This document shows positions 18,626-28,343 of a stretch of DNA of 53,086 nt, in pieces (within the stretch, counting starts at the first letter, position 1; each line of letters starts with the position of its first letter). The position numbers and the translations under genes are program-made. A model generated the notes under the pieces. The model was not told the DNA's origin, made no database searches, and worked only from the letters and a program-made list of their open reading frames with translations. The stretch lies in IMG/VR virus record IMGVR_UViG_3300030330_004944, positions 1 through 53,086 of that record, one strand, 5' to 3'. Source of the stretch: a virus. Lineage: Duplodnaviria > Caudoviricetes.

Positions 18626-18685
18626 GTTCACATCATGTAAATATCAGTGATAAGGTTATCCCTTCATGGTGTGAGCTTTTTTTTT
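18626..18685 (+). terminator. 12-bp stem-loop plus T9 (second terminator or small RNA)
   Basis: GTTCACATCATG / CATGGTGTGAGC with two G-U pairs. Confidence 0.55.
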
Positions 18686-18750
18686 AGACTTTTTTGAATG
18701 CTCTTAAATACTAGAGTGTTTGAAAGAATACAAACAAAGGAGAAAGTATT

Positions 18751-20055
18751 ATGTCTAGTAATTATAAATCAGTCACTATAGCTGAATTAATAGAGGATTT
18801 TTGTCCCATAAATTTATCAAAAGAAGACTATCAACTGGTTACTTTAAAAAAGGTTTCCGATGACTACAGAACAAAGAAATTATTCTTTGATCCAAGCTAT
18901 CAAAGAATGTATGGATCGTGGGATAATAATAGGAAAAGAAAATATATTAAAAGTATTTTTATGAAGTGGATTTACACCCCTATTGTTATTTCTGAATTGT
19001 CAAAAGAAGCAAAAAACAAGACACCAGAAAACACTAAATTTGCCTGTTTAGACGGACAACATAGGACAAACGCTATTGCTGAGTTCGTTTCTAATAAGTT
19101 TGGACTAAACTGTTTAATTGAAATAGATGGTATTGAAAAGAACTATAATAATGTTCTTTTTAAGGATCTTACTCCACGCGAAAGATCGTTGTTTCTTCGA
19201 AGAACTGTAGAAGTCCAGATCATCAAACCCAATGATGCAGAAACTACTAAATCAAGACAAACTTTAGCTAAAATATTTTTAGCCATAAATGATGGCGCGC
19301 CGCTGAACGCTCAAGAAAAGCGCAATGCTGTACAATGTGACGTTTCCAATTGGTCTCGTGAATGTTATAGTTCCTACAAAGATTGTCTAGCCCCAAAAAT
19401 GTATAATTCCAGACAATTGAATAGAATGGTATTTCATGAATATGTTATAAAATCATATCTTTTTCTTAAGAATTTTATCGCCATAGAATCAACTGAGAAA
19501 TTAAGAACCTATATAGATTTGAATACTAAAAGTTTAGATGATGTTTGCGTTACCAATTATCGTATAAATAATTTTATTAGTAGATTTATCAAATCAAATC
19601 TACTAGCAGTTATGGAAAATATACTCGAATGTGTTGAGGAGTCTTGGTCAATTATGAATCCAATTGCTATTAAAAGACTAAAACAATCTGAACTTTGGGT
19701 CTTAACAATGATCTATTCAATTTTATTTCTAGAGGAAAAGCAGCAGCTAGTTGATATTGGTGAAAACTTTACAAGTTTAGACTTCTGGCACTTTGTACAA
19801 GAAACCCATAAGTCTTTAATATCGGAAAGTAAAAAACATGAAGCTAATCTTTATACAAAATTAGAAGATGAGCTTATAACTATAGAAGAATACAAGAAAC
19901 ATAAGTTTTTCCATGACGAAATCAGAACATTTCATCTGGCTGGATCCCAAAAGATATGTTATGCCAAAATTTATGAACATTTAGGCGGTACTGTCTCTGG
20001 TTCAATTAAATCTTGGTATACAAAGAAGATGACAAAGATTATAGCATCAGCTTAA
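18751..20055 (+). CDS. DUF262 (ParB/Srx-like, GmrSD N-terminal type) domain protein
   Basis: PSYQR..W, YIKSI, LDGQHR, IFLAINDGAPLNAQEKRN. Confidence 0.75.
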   Translation: MSSNYKSVTIAELIEDFCPINLSKEDYQLVTLKKVSDDYRTKKLFFDPSYQRMYGSWDNNRKRKYIKSIFMKWIYTPIVISELSKEAKNKTPENTKFACLDGQHRTNAIAEFVSNKFGLNCLIEIDGIEKNYNNVLFKDLTPRERSLFLRRTVEVQIIKPNDAETTKSRQTLAKIFLAINDGAPLNAQEKRNAVQCDVSNWSRECYSSYKDCLAPKMYNSRQLNRMVFHEYVIKSYLFLKNFIAIESTEKLRTYIDLNTKSLDDVCVTNYRINNFISRFIKSNLLAVMENILECVEESWSIMNPIAIKRLKQSELWVLTMIYSILFLEEKQQLVDIGENFTSLDFWHFVQETHKSLISESKKHEANLYTKLEDELITIEEYKKHKFFHDEIRTFHLAGSQKICYAKIYEHLGGTVSGSIKSWYTKKMTKIIASA

Positions 20056-20060
20056 TCATA

Positions 20061-20100
20061 GCCCTTTGGAGCATGGCATAAAACTGCTCCTATTTTTTTT
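20061..20100 (+). terminator. Terminator hairpin with pseudoknot potential, upstream of recA
   Basis: GGAGCA/TGCTCC stem plus T8; loop GGC complementary to upstream GCC. Confidence 0.6.
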
Positions 20101-20111
20101 ACGGAGAATAA

Positions 20112-21230
20112 ATGGCAAAAAAAGTATTACAAATGGCTAATAAAGCCGGTAAGATTGACTTACAAAAAATGCAGAAACTGGTAAATAAAAAAACCGGTTT
20201 AAATGTAGCTCACGACTTAAGAGAAGATACTCCTACGGTTGTGAAGGATTGGATTCCAACTGGCTCTCGATGGCTAGACTCAATTATCTGTCGAGGGAAA
20301 AGAGCCGGAATTCCAATCGGAAAGATAACTGAAATAGCTGGCCTCTCCGGAGCAGGTAAATCTTTCATGGCAACTCAGATAGCAGCAAATGCTCAGAAAA
20401 TGGGATTGTTTGTTGTTTATTTTGACGCTGAGTCCGCAATAGATCCTACTTTCTTGGAAACTGCGGGTTGTAATCTTTCCAATCTCCTTTATGTTCAAGC
20501 CGTCTCGGTAGAGAAAGTACTGGAGACCATCGAAGAATTGATGGATAGTTACGAGGATCAAAGATTTCTTTTTATATGGGATAGTATCGCTGCTACTTCA
20601 TCTGAAAAAGATCTTGAGGGGGATTACAACCCCCAATCCTCAATGGCTGTAAAGCCACGAATATTCGCTAAGGCTTTTCCTAAGCTCACAATCCCCTTGG
20701 CGGATCAACAGTGTACTCTTCTTTTGGTTAATCAATTGAAGACAAACTTAACAACAAATGTTGCGGAAGCAATGACAACTCCTTTCATAGCACCCGGAGG
20801 TAAAGCGATCGAGTATTTTAGTTCTCTTCGTATTTGGCTAACAAAGCGCAAAGCGAGAGCTTCTTTTGTTACTGATGACTCTGGACTGCGTGTAGGATCT
20901 GAGGTTAAATGTAAACTTCAAAAGTCTCGTTTTGGGACCGAAGGTCGCGAATGTACATTTAAAATACTCTGGTCTGGCTCTGCTGCCATCCAAGACGAAG
21001 AATCTTGGCTTGAAGCTCTTAGGGCTTCTGGTACAAATCGCCTAACTATTGGCGGTGCTTGGTATACTCTAACCGGAACCTCTGGTAAATTATTTAAATT
21101 CCAAAAGAAGGAATGGCTAGAAAAGCTAAAAGATGGTGAATTTAAGCAAGCTGTCTTTGACATCATGGATGAAGAGATTGTCAAGAAATTTGTTGACGAA
21201 GGAAAAAACTTCGCTGTCGATAAAGACTAA
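20112..21230 (+). CDS. recA: RecA/UvsX recombinase
   Basis: IPTGSRWLD, Walker A GLSGAGKS, FDAESA, IWDSIAA, VNQL, PGGKAIEY, KSR. Confidence 0.93.
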   Translation: MAKKVLQMANKAGKIDLQKMQKLVNKKTGLNVAHDLREDTPTVVKDWIPTGSRWLDSIICRGKRAGIPIGKITEIAGLSGAGKSFMATQIAANAQKMGLFVVYFDAESAIDPTFLETAGCNLSNLLYVQAVSVEKVLETIEELMDSYEDQRFLFIWDSIAATSSEKDLEGDYNPQSSMAVKPRIFAKAFPKLTIPLADQQCTLLLVNQLKTNLTTNVAEAMTTPFIAPGGKAIEYFSSLRIWLTKRKARASFVTDDSGLRVGSEVKCKLQKSRFGTEGRECTFKILWSGSAAIQDEESWLEALRASGTNRLTIGGAWYTLTGTSGKLFKFQKKEWLEKLKDGEFKQAVFDIMDEEIVKKFVDEGKNFAVDKD

Positions 21231-21250
21231 GTTAGTTTTTTCTTTTCCAC

Positions 21251-21279
21251 AGCCCACCCCTAAAAAGGTGGGCTTTTTT
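21251..21279 (+). terminator. Intrinsic terminator
   Basis: AGCCCACC-N8-GGTGGGCT plus T run. Confidence 0.85.
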
Positions 21280-21281
21280 AT

Positions 21282-21309
21282 TTGACAAATTTTAAGAATA
21301 TGTTATATT
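21282..21309 (+). promoter_or_regulatory. sigma70-like promoter
   Basis: TTGACA-16-TATATT, TG. Confidence 0.8.
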
Positions 21310-21328
21310 ATATACACAAGGAGGAAAT

Positions 21329-21493
21329 ATGAAAGCAGAAAACAATAAAGTGTGGCTTTATCTTGATCAAGCATTAAGAAAGCTGCAAAACGTCACTCAT
21401 TGGACAACATCAGCCGATGAATGGCATGAAGATATTATAGCGGCTAAAGAATCTATTAAAGAAGCTTTGAAAAAACTGGAGGAAGATAAATGA
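21329..21493 (+). CDS. 54-aa hypothetical protein (not in ORF track)
   Basis: SD AAGGAGG after promoter 21282; MKAENNKVWLYLDQ...; ATGA overlap with next gene. Confidence 0.65.
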   Translation: MKAENNKVWLYLDQALRKLQNVTHWTTSADEWHEDIIAAKESIKEALKKLEEDK

Positions 21494-21684
21494 AATATGA
21501 ATATATGATAAATAAACGCGGTAAATATGTTGTTCCATGGGCAAAATCCGAAGATGATCGAGAACGTAGAGATAGATGTTTTATAGATAAGTTCGGAGTA
21601 AGACCGGTAATTGTGTCACCAGATTTCTGGGAGTATCTGCTGGTCGAGAATGATGTTAAAGTTATTGAAGTGGAGTGTGGATGA
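21490..21684 (+). CDS. Hypothetical protein
   Basis: SD GGAGG; ATGA coupling at both ends. Confidence 0.6.
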   Translation: MKYEYMINKRGKYVVPWAKSEDDRERRDRCFIDKFGVRPVIVSPDFWEYLLVENDVKVIEVECG

Positions 21685-22211
21685 GAAAGTTTAAAACTAT
21701 CTTGATAGATCCACCATGGAATGAAAAAGGTGGTGGAAAAATAAAAAGAGGCGCAGATAAACACTATCCCACTATGAAAACACCAGAGATAATCTGTACA
21801 GTTTTACAATCTATTCACTGGAATGAAATTGATGAAAATGCTCACATGTATCTGTGGGCTACAAATAACTTCTTAGAAGACGGTCTGTTTGTGATGAAAT
21901 CTTTAGGATTCAGATATGTTACAAATATAGTCTGGATTAAGGACAGAATGGGCCTAGGACAGTATGCACGAGGAAAGCACGAAATTCTATTATTTGGCAC
22001 AAGAGGCAGAAAGCACACTTCGGTTAAAAAACACAATAATTCCTTGACTTCGGTTATAGAGGCAAAGAGAGATAAACACTCCAAGAAGCCGGAAGAGTCT
22101 TTTAAGTGGATAGAGGCTAGATCGCATGGTCCTTATTTGGAGCTTTTCTCTAGAAGCAAGAGAGAAGGTTGGGTAGTGTGGGGCAATGAAATCAACAAGG
22201 AGGAAAAATGA
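21681..22211 (+). CDS. MT-A70 family adenine methyltransferase
   Basis: ILIDPPW, HMYLWATN, IVWIK, HSKKPE, LELFSR, GWVVWGNE. Confidence 0.9.
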   Translation: MRKFKTILIDPPWNEKGGGKIKRGADKHYPTMKTPEIICTVLQSIHWNEIDENAHMYLWATNNFLEDGLFVMKSLGFRYVTNIVWIKDRMGLGQYARGKHEILLFGTRGRKHTSVKKHNNSLTSVIEAKRDKHSKKPEESFKWIEARSHGPYLELFSRSKREGWVVWGNEINKEEK

Positions 22212-22951
22212 AAACCAAAAAATGCACAAAATGCGGAATTGAAAAAGAACTTGATTGCTTTTATAAAGATTCCAAAAAAAAAGATGGGCTCCGATATCGG
22301 TGCAAATCTTGTTTTAAAACGAACAGTGCCGAGTATTACCAAAACAACAAAGAAAAAAATAAGAAACAATGGGCCGAGTATTACCAAAACAACAAAGAAA
22401 AAATTCTTAAACAAAAAGCCGAGTATCGAAAAAACAATAAAGAAAAAATTGCTAAAAAAAGTGCCGAGTATCGAAAAAACAATAAAGAAAGAATAGCCGA
22501 GTATATTGCTGAGTATCGAAAAAACAATAAAGAAAAAATTGCTAAACAAAGAGCCGAGTATCGAAAAAACAATAAAGAAAGAATAGCCGAGCATATGGCT
22601 GAGTATCACAAGAAAAGAAAATTAGAGCAACCTGCCTGTGTTTATCAAATAATGAACACTGTGAATAATAAAATTTACATCGGACAATCAACCCTAGGAG
22701 AAATTCGCTGGTATAGGCACTTGACGAATCTCCGAGGAAATCGCCACCCAAACCACAAAATTCAAGCGGACTTCAACAAATTCGGAGAAGATGCCTTTGA
22801 ATGGAGCATCATAAAAGAATACCCAAAGGATAAAGACACTTTGTTATTAGAAGAAGCAAAGACTATTGTAAAATACCGGAAGGAAGGAAAAGATCTATAC
22901 AATTTAACACTAACGATAGATCAAGTGCAACTATTAGAGGAGAATAAATGA
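22208..22951 (+). CDS. Free-standing GIY-YIG homing-type endonuclease with Zn finger and 15-aa repeats
   Basis: CTKC..CKSC; repeats AEYRKNNKEKIAKxx; VYQIMNTVNNKIYIGQS, RWYRH. Confidence 0.8.
   Translation: MKTKKCTKCGIEKELDCFYKDSKKKDGLRYRCKSCFKTNSAEYYQNNKEKNKKQWAEYYQNNKEKILKQKAEYRKNNKEKIAKKSAEYRKNNKERIAEYIAEYRKNNKEKIAKQRAEYRKNNKERIAEHMAEYHKKRKLEQPACVYQIMNTVNNKIYIGQSTLGEIRWYRHLTNLRGNRHPNHKIQADFNKFGEDAFEWSIIKEYPKDKDTLLLEEAKTIVKYRKEGKDLYNLTLTIDQVQLLEENK
22328..22611 (+). repeat. 45-bp coding tandem repeat (6 full units plus partial)
   Basis: GC(C/T)GAGTAT at 22328, 22373, 22418, 22463, 22508, 22553, 22598. Confidence 0.9.
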
Positions 22952-23895
22952 AAGTAATGATAATTGACGGTCTCAATATGTTTTTGAGATCATACATAAT
23001 AATTCCATCAATGGATCCGCGAGGCAATCCAAATGGAGGAACATGGGGCTTCTTGAAGTCCTTGCAAAAAATATGTAAGATGTTCAATCCGGACGAGATC
23101 GTTGTATGTTGGGATGGAGTTGGAGGATCGGAAAAGAAACGAACCATCAACAAAAACTATAAACAAGGTCGCAAACCCCTCCGCTTCAATCGGAGAATGA
23201 TCGAGCTTTCTGTTGAGAAACAAGAAGAAAACAAGGCATACCAACAAATTCGTCTTATGGATTATCTTAACGATATGCCTGTAATTCAAACTATGATTGA
23301 TTATGTGGAAGCAGATGATGTCATAGCTTATGTAGCACAACATGATAAATACAAGGATTGGGATAAAGTTATTATATCATCAGATAAGGATTTTTTTCAA
23401 TTGGTTGAGGGCAACTGTACCCTATATAGACCAATACAGGATACTCTACTAGAACAAAAAAATATAATGGAAGAATATGGTATTCATCCTCGCAATTTTG
23501 CACTAGCTAGAGCGATGGAAGGAGACAAGTCGGATAATCTTGCTGGAGTCCCCAGAGTCGGCCTTAAGACTATAAAATCTAGATTTTCCTTTATGTCATC
23601 ATCGGTATGTCATGAACCGGAAGATATATTCAAAGTTTGTGAAACGATAGAAAAACCTATAGGGATTCATAAGAATATACTAAAGAACAAACAGCTTATA
23701 GAGAGTAATTTTAAAATAATGCAACTATATAGTCCGAGTATTTCTAGTGTACATAAAAAGCAAATTAACTTCGCATTATTAGAATTCGATAAGAGTTATA
23801 CAAAAATAGAAATTCTTAAGAAAATGGCCATAGACGGCATGGATGCGGGAAAATTTAATAATTTATTTAATTGTTTGAAAAAAATAACAAAATAA
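22948..23895 (+). CDS. 5'-3' exonuclease/flap endonuclease (Pol I N-terminal / T4 RNase H-like)
   Basis: IIDGLN, WDG, YKQGR, EADD, SSDKD, GDKSDN..GVPRVG.KT. Confidence 0.92.
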   Translation: MKVMIIDGLNMFLRSYIIIPSMDPRGNPNGGTWGFLKSLQKICKMFNPDEIVVCWDGVGGSEKKRTINKNYKQGRKPLRFNRRMIELSVEKQEENKAYQQIRLMDYLNDMPVIQTMIDYVEADDVIAYVAQHDKYKDWDKVIISSDKDFFQLVEGNCTLYRPIQDTLLEQKNIMEEYGIHPRNFALARAMEGDKSDNLAGVPRVGLKTIKSRFSFMSSSVCHEPEDIFKVCETIEKPIGIHKNILKNKQLIESNFKIMQLYSPSISSVHKKQINFALLEFDKSYTKIEILKKMAIDGMDAGKFNNLFNCLKKITK

Positions 23896-23905
23896 TTTTT
23901 TTTAC

Positions 23906-23934
23906 TTGACAGACTTTTAAAAGTATGATATTAT
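23906..23934 (+). promoter_or_regulatory. sigma70-like promoter of the helicase
   Basis: TTGACA-17-TATTAT, TG. Confidence 0.75.
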
Positions 23935-23957
23935 ATTTATAACATCGGAGGAAATTG

Positions 23958-25340
23958 ATGGAAACGAATAGAGAGACATTCTCAAGGTTTGGCAAATCCT
24001 TTCAAGAAAAACTTTGCCACTTAATGCTTCAAGATAGACCTTTTTGCGATCAAATAACAGAAGTATTAAATGTGAACTTCTTACAGTACGAATATCTTCG
24101 TATCTTTGTAAAGATTTTAATAGATTATCGTGAAAAATATAGGACTCATCCGTCTTATGATATCATGGCCACTAAAATAAAATCCGGCCTAGATTCTTAC
24201 ACACCAGCACTACAAAAACAACTAAGAAGCTTTTATGCTTCGGTACTTTCTGAGAGTGAATTACGTGATGGTGAATTTATTAAAGATAACGCATTAGACT
24301 TTTGCCGTAAACAGGTTCTAAAAGAGGCAATGATGAAATCAGTTAAGTTGATTAAAACCTCTTCTTTTGATGAAATACAAGGTGTTATCGAGAAAGCTCT
24401 TAAGCTTGGAACAGATAACAATTTTGGTCATGATTTTATTAAAGATTTTGAAGAGAGATATTTGATAACTTCGCGAGATCCGGTATCAACTGGATTTGAG
24501 AGAGTTGATGATATCTGCAAGGGAGGATTAGGCAAAAGTGAGCTTGGTGTCGTTATAGCACCAACAGGTGCCGGCAAATCAATGGTATTGGTACATTTGG
24601 GAGCAGAGGCTCTTAAAGCTGGTAAAACAGTTGTTCACTATACAATGGAGCTAGCTGATACTGTTGTCGGTAATCGCTATGACAGTTGTATTAGTCGTGT
24701 TCCATTGTCTGACTTATTTACCAACAAGAAAAGAGTTTTGGAGTCAATTCAAGATGTAGAGGGTCAATTGATTATAAAAGAATACCCTACAAAATCTGCT
24801 AGTACCGAAACTATTAAGAATCATATCGAAAGGCTAAAGAAGCGTGGTATAGAGCCGGATGTGATAATTGTAGATTATGCTGATCTCTTGAGACCCGTTA
24901 GATCTACAAAAGAGAAACGCCACGATTTGGAAAATACTTATGAAGAGTTAAGGGCCATAGCACAGATATATAAGTGCCCTTTGTGGACAGCTTCACAAAC
25001 CAATAGATCTGGTTTAAATGCTGAGGTTATAACAATGGAAGCCATTTCCGAAGCTTTTAATAAGTGTTTTGTAGCTGATTTTATCTGCTCTTTGTCTAGG
25101 ACAGTTCAAGATAAACAAGCTAACAAGGGACGTGTTTTCATAGCAAAAAATAGAAATGGACCGGATGGTTTGGTCTTTCAAGCTTTTGTTGACTGGTCAA
25201 ACGTTTCAATAAAAGTTCTCTCTAGAGAAGGAGAGGAAGCAATCTCAAGTGTAATACAAGATTCAGCCGAGAATACATTACAATTTATGAGAGAACGATT
25301 TAAAAAAAAAATAAACAATAACGAGAGGTATAGATGTTGA
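23958..25340 (+). CDS. Replicative DNA helicase (DnaB/T4 gp41-like)
   Basis: Walker A APTGAGKS, TMEL, IKEYPT, IVDYAD, TASQTNR, KNRNG. Confidence 0.92.
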   Translation: METNRETFSRFGKSFQEKLCHLMLQDRPFCDQITEVLNVNFLQYEYLRIFVKILIDYREKYRTHPSYDIMATKIKSGLDSYTPALQKQLRSFYASVLSESELRDGEFIKDNALDFCRKQVLKEAMMKSVKLIKTSSFDEIQGVIEKALKLGTDNNFGHDFIKDFEERYLITSRDPVSTGFERVDDICKGGLGKSELGVVIAPTGAGKSMVLVHLGAEALKAGKTVVHYTMELADTVVGNRYDSCISRVPLSDLFTNKKRVLESIQDVEGQLIIKEYPTKSASTETIKNHIERLKKRGIEPDVIIVDYADLLRPVRSTKEKRHDLENTYEELRAIAQIYKCPLWTASQTNRSGLNAEVITMEAISEAFNKCFVADFICSLSRTVQDKQANKGRVFIAKNRNGPDGLVFQAFVDWSNVSIKVLSREGEEAISSVIQDSAENTLQFMRERFKKKINNNERYRC

Positions 25341-27307
25341 AATTAGGAAATATTAATGTAAGAAAGTTTAAGCTTTCTGAGCAATTTATAGGCAAGTATA
25401 AAGAAGCTGAGGTTCCATGGGGACCTGTGGGGTATGTAACGTTTAAGCGAACATATGCTCGACGCTTATCTGAATTTGAAGATGGCGCTGAAGGCACTGA
25501 AGAGTGGTGGCAAACTTGTCGCCGTGTAGTAGAGGGTATGTTTGATATACAAAAAAGACATGCTTTTTCAATTGGAATTGAATGGAACGATGCCAAAGCC
25601 CAAAGAACAGCTAAGGAGGCTTATGATCGATTGTTTAATCTTAAGTGGACTCCACCGGGCCGAGGACTGTGGATGATGGGCACTAAGTTCATATACGAGA
25701 GAACAGGTGCCGGATTGTTTAATTGTGCTTTCCGCTCTACTAAAGATCTCAGTCAAAAAGGTGGATATATCTATGCTTGGATGATGGATGCGTTAATGCT
25801 AGGGATTGGTGTTGGGTTCGATACTCTTGGAGCAAAAACGTTTACAATCAAAGAGCCACACTGGACAAATGATACGTTGATTATTGAAGACTCGCGAGAA
25901 GGGTGGGTCAATAGTATTCATATATTGCTAGATGGATATATTTTGGGTAAGAAAGTGCCAATATTTGATTACTCTGCCATAAGATTGGCTGGTGAACCCA
26001 TAAAAGGTTTCGGAGGTACTTCAAGTGGTCCAAAACCATTAGTCGAGCTTCACAACGACTTAAAGAACCTTTTAGAATCTAAAATAGGAGAATCCATCCA
26101 ATCAGTCGATATTGTTGATATTGAAAACCTCATTGGTCGCTGTGTTGTTGCTGGAAATGTAAGAAGATCAGCAGCACTAGCAATTGGTCAAGGAGACGAC
26201 ACAGAATATCTATCGATGAAGAATGATCAAGAAAAACTTTATCACCATAGGTGGGGCTCAAACAATTCTTTTGAGGCAAAAGTTGGCATGGATTATACAT
26301 GGCACGCCAAACAATCTCAAATTAACGGTGAGCCCGGATATATTTGGCTTGACAACGCCAGAAATTACGGAAGAATGAAAGACGGTATAAGAACAGACGA
26401 TAAGAAGGTTATGGGCTTTAATCCGTGCGTAGAACAACAATTGGAGGATGCTGAGCTATGTTGCTTGGTAGAAACGTTCCCAGCAAAGCACGAGACTTTT
26501 GAAGATTATATTAAAACCCTAGAAATAGCTTACATGTATGGTAAGACCGTTACACTGATCAACACCCATTGGCCCGAGACCAATGCTATTATGTTGAAAA
26601 ACCGAAGAATTGGATTATCCCAGTCTGGCGTTGTACAAGCCTTTAATAAATTTGGTAGAAGAACAGTCTATCAGTGGTGTGATAGAGCTTATGAGCATGT
26701 TGAAGAATTAGACAAAGAATACTCAGATTGGCTCTGTGTTCCTCGATCTGTAAGGATGACCAGTATTAAACCATCCGGAACAGTTTCTCTTCTAAATGGA
26801 TCAACCCCCGGAATACACTTTCCGGAGGATGAGCACTACATTCGAAGAATTAGATTTTCAAAGAATTCTAGTTTGTTGCCGGCTCTAGGAGAGGCGGGAT
26901 ACAAGATAGAAGAAGATTCGTATTCTCCTAACACATATTGTGTCGAATTTCCTGTTAAAGAGCCATTCTTCGAAAAAGGAAAAAGAGATATTTCAATGTG
27001 GGAACAATTGGAAATCGCTGCTCAATATCAGCACTACTGGGCAGATAACAGTGTTTCTATTACTGTTACTTTTAAACCAGAAGAAGCCGAGCAAATCAAA
27101 GATGCTTTGGAAATGTATGAATCTAGGCTTAAAGCGGTGTCCTTTCTGAAATATGAAGAGACTGGATACAAACAGGCCCCTTATGAACCAATAACCAAAG
27201 AACAATACGAAGAAATGATTGAAAAAATCAAGCCAATAACTAAAATTATGACCAATGAAGGTGGTATTGGTTCAAAATTTTGTACAAACGATACTTGTGA
27301 ATTATAG
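25334..27307 (+). CDS. nrdJ: Class II (B12-dependent, RTPR-type) ribonucleotide reductase
   Basis: PPGRG, NCAF, GNVRRSA, NPCVEQ..CCL, TSIKPSGTVS, C-terminal CxxxxC. Confidence 0.92.
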   Translation: MLKLGNINVRKFKLSEQFIGKYKEAEVPWGPVGYVTFKRTYARRLSEFEDGAEGTEEWWQTCRRVVEGMFDIQKRHAFSIGIEWNDAKAQRTAKEAYDRLFNLKWTPPGRGLWMMGTKFIYERTGAGLFNCAFRSTKDLSQKGGYIYAWMMDALMLGIGVGFDTLGAKTFTIKEPHWTNDTLIIEDSREGWVNSIHILLDGYILGKKVPIFDYSAIRLAGEPIKGFGGTSSGPKPLVELHNDLKNLLESKIGESIQSVDIVDIENLIGRCVVAGNVRRSAALAIGQGDDTEYLSMKNDQEKLYHHRWGSNNSFEAKVGMDYTWHAKQSQINGEPGYIWLDNARNYGRMKDGIRTDDKKVMGFNPCVEQQLEDAELCCLVETFPAKHETFEDYIKTLEIAYMYGKTVTLINTHWPETNAIMLKNRRIGLSQSGVVQAFNKFGRRTVYQWCDRAYEHVEELDKEYSDWLCVPRSVRMTSIKPSGTVSLLNGSTPGIHFPEDEHYIRRIRFSKNSSLLPALGEAGYKIEEDSYSPNTYCVEFPVKEPFFEKGKRDISMWEQLEIAAQYQHYWADNSVSITVTFKPEEAEQIKDALEMYESRLKAVSFLKYEETGYKQAPYEPITKEQYEEMIEKIKPITKIMTNEGGIGSKFCTNDTCEL

Positions 27308-27315
27308 GAGGAAAA

Positions 27316-27606
27316 ATGAAATTCAAAAGTTATAACAGATATATAAATATCGAATTAATTGAAGATGAAATAAAGGAAAACAATTCCTTAGTGGTGCTTC
27401 CAACTGATTATAAGAAACCCGAAAGGCCATATGCTTTGGGAAAAGTGATTGATTGGGCACCAGATGTCAAGTTATCTCTAGAAAAAGGGGAAATAGTTAT
27501 ATTTGAAAAGCGTATGCTCAACAAGATTGAAGTATATGGTAAAATGCACTATTTAGTGTTAGAAAACTATATTTATGGTGGAATCGTCACAGAGGAGGGG
27601 CAATGA
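27316..27606 (+). CDS. groES: Co-chaperonin GroES-like
   Basis: 96 aa; mobile loop LVVLP, GKVI, GEIVIF, LVLENYIYG. Confidence 0.65.
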   Translation: MKFKSYNRYINIELIEDEIKENNSLVVLPTDYKKPERPYALGKVIDWAPDVKLSLEKGEIVIFEKRMLNKIEVYGKMHYLVLENYIYGGIVTEEGQ

Positions 27607-28343
27607 GTGAAGCTAAAAAGTCGATTTTTATATTCGATGACGAGATCGGTAGGGTTGACTATGTTGACCATATGGGTAGCGACCTTACCGTTGTCAATTC
27701 TGCTCGTGTATCTTTTGGTGTGCAAAAGCATGAACTCAACTCCCGAGACATTAAGCTTATTAAATACCTTATTAAGCATAAACACACTAGCACTTTGGAG
27801 CATTGTTCTGTTACCTTTAAATTTACTGTGCCTCTTTACATACGTTCTCAGCATATGCGTCACAGGACGTGGTCGTATAACGAAATAAGTCGTCGATATA
27901 CCGATAAAGATTATCGATTTTATATGCCAAAGAAATTTCGAACTCAACACAAAAGTAACAGACAGGCTAGTAATATAGATGAACTCATTAATCCTTCAAT
28001 CTTAAGAAATGCTAGTTACGGACTGATCCCAGCTAATTATCCAACAGCAGCAGAGATATATCGACAACATTGCGAAAAGTCACTATCGCTATATGAAGAT
28101 CTAATACATGCTGGTGTTTGTCGTGAACAAGCGAGAGGGATACTTCCGCAAACTACTTATACTGAGTACTATGGAACAGTAAACCTTAATAACCTTCTTA
28201 AGTTTATAAGTTTGCGTATACATGATGGTGCTCAATGGGAGATAGTACAGGTTGCAAAAGCATGTCTTGAGATTGCTAGAAATTTATACCCAATTTCAGT
28301 CTCCGCATATGAGGAGTGCGTTCATGGAGGCGAAATACAATAA
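27603..28343 (+). CDS. thyX: Flavin-dependent thymidylate synthase
   Basis: SARVS, HTSTLEH, RHRTWSYNEISRRY, EQARGILP, AQWEI. Confidence 0.95.
   Translation: MSEAKKSIFIFDDEIGRVDYVDHMGSDLTVVNSARVSFGVQKHELNSRDIKLIKYLIKHKHTSTLEHCSVTFKFTVPLYIRSQHMRHRTWSYNEISRRYTDKDYRFYMPKKFRTQHKSNRQASNIDELINPSILRNASYGLIPANYPTAAEIYRQHCEKSLSLYEDLIHAGVCREQARGILPQTTYTEYYGTVNLNNLLKFISLRIHDGAQWEIVQVAKACLEIARNLYPISVSAYEECVHGGEIQ

Noticed and set aside
22328-22611. CRISPR or DGR repeat
   Set aside because: In-frame coding tandem repeat without spacers; no reverse transcriptase or adenine-specific variation
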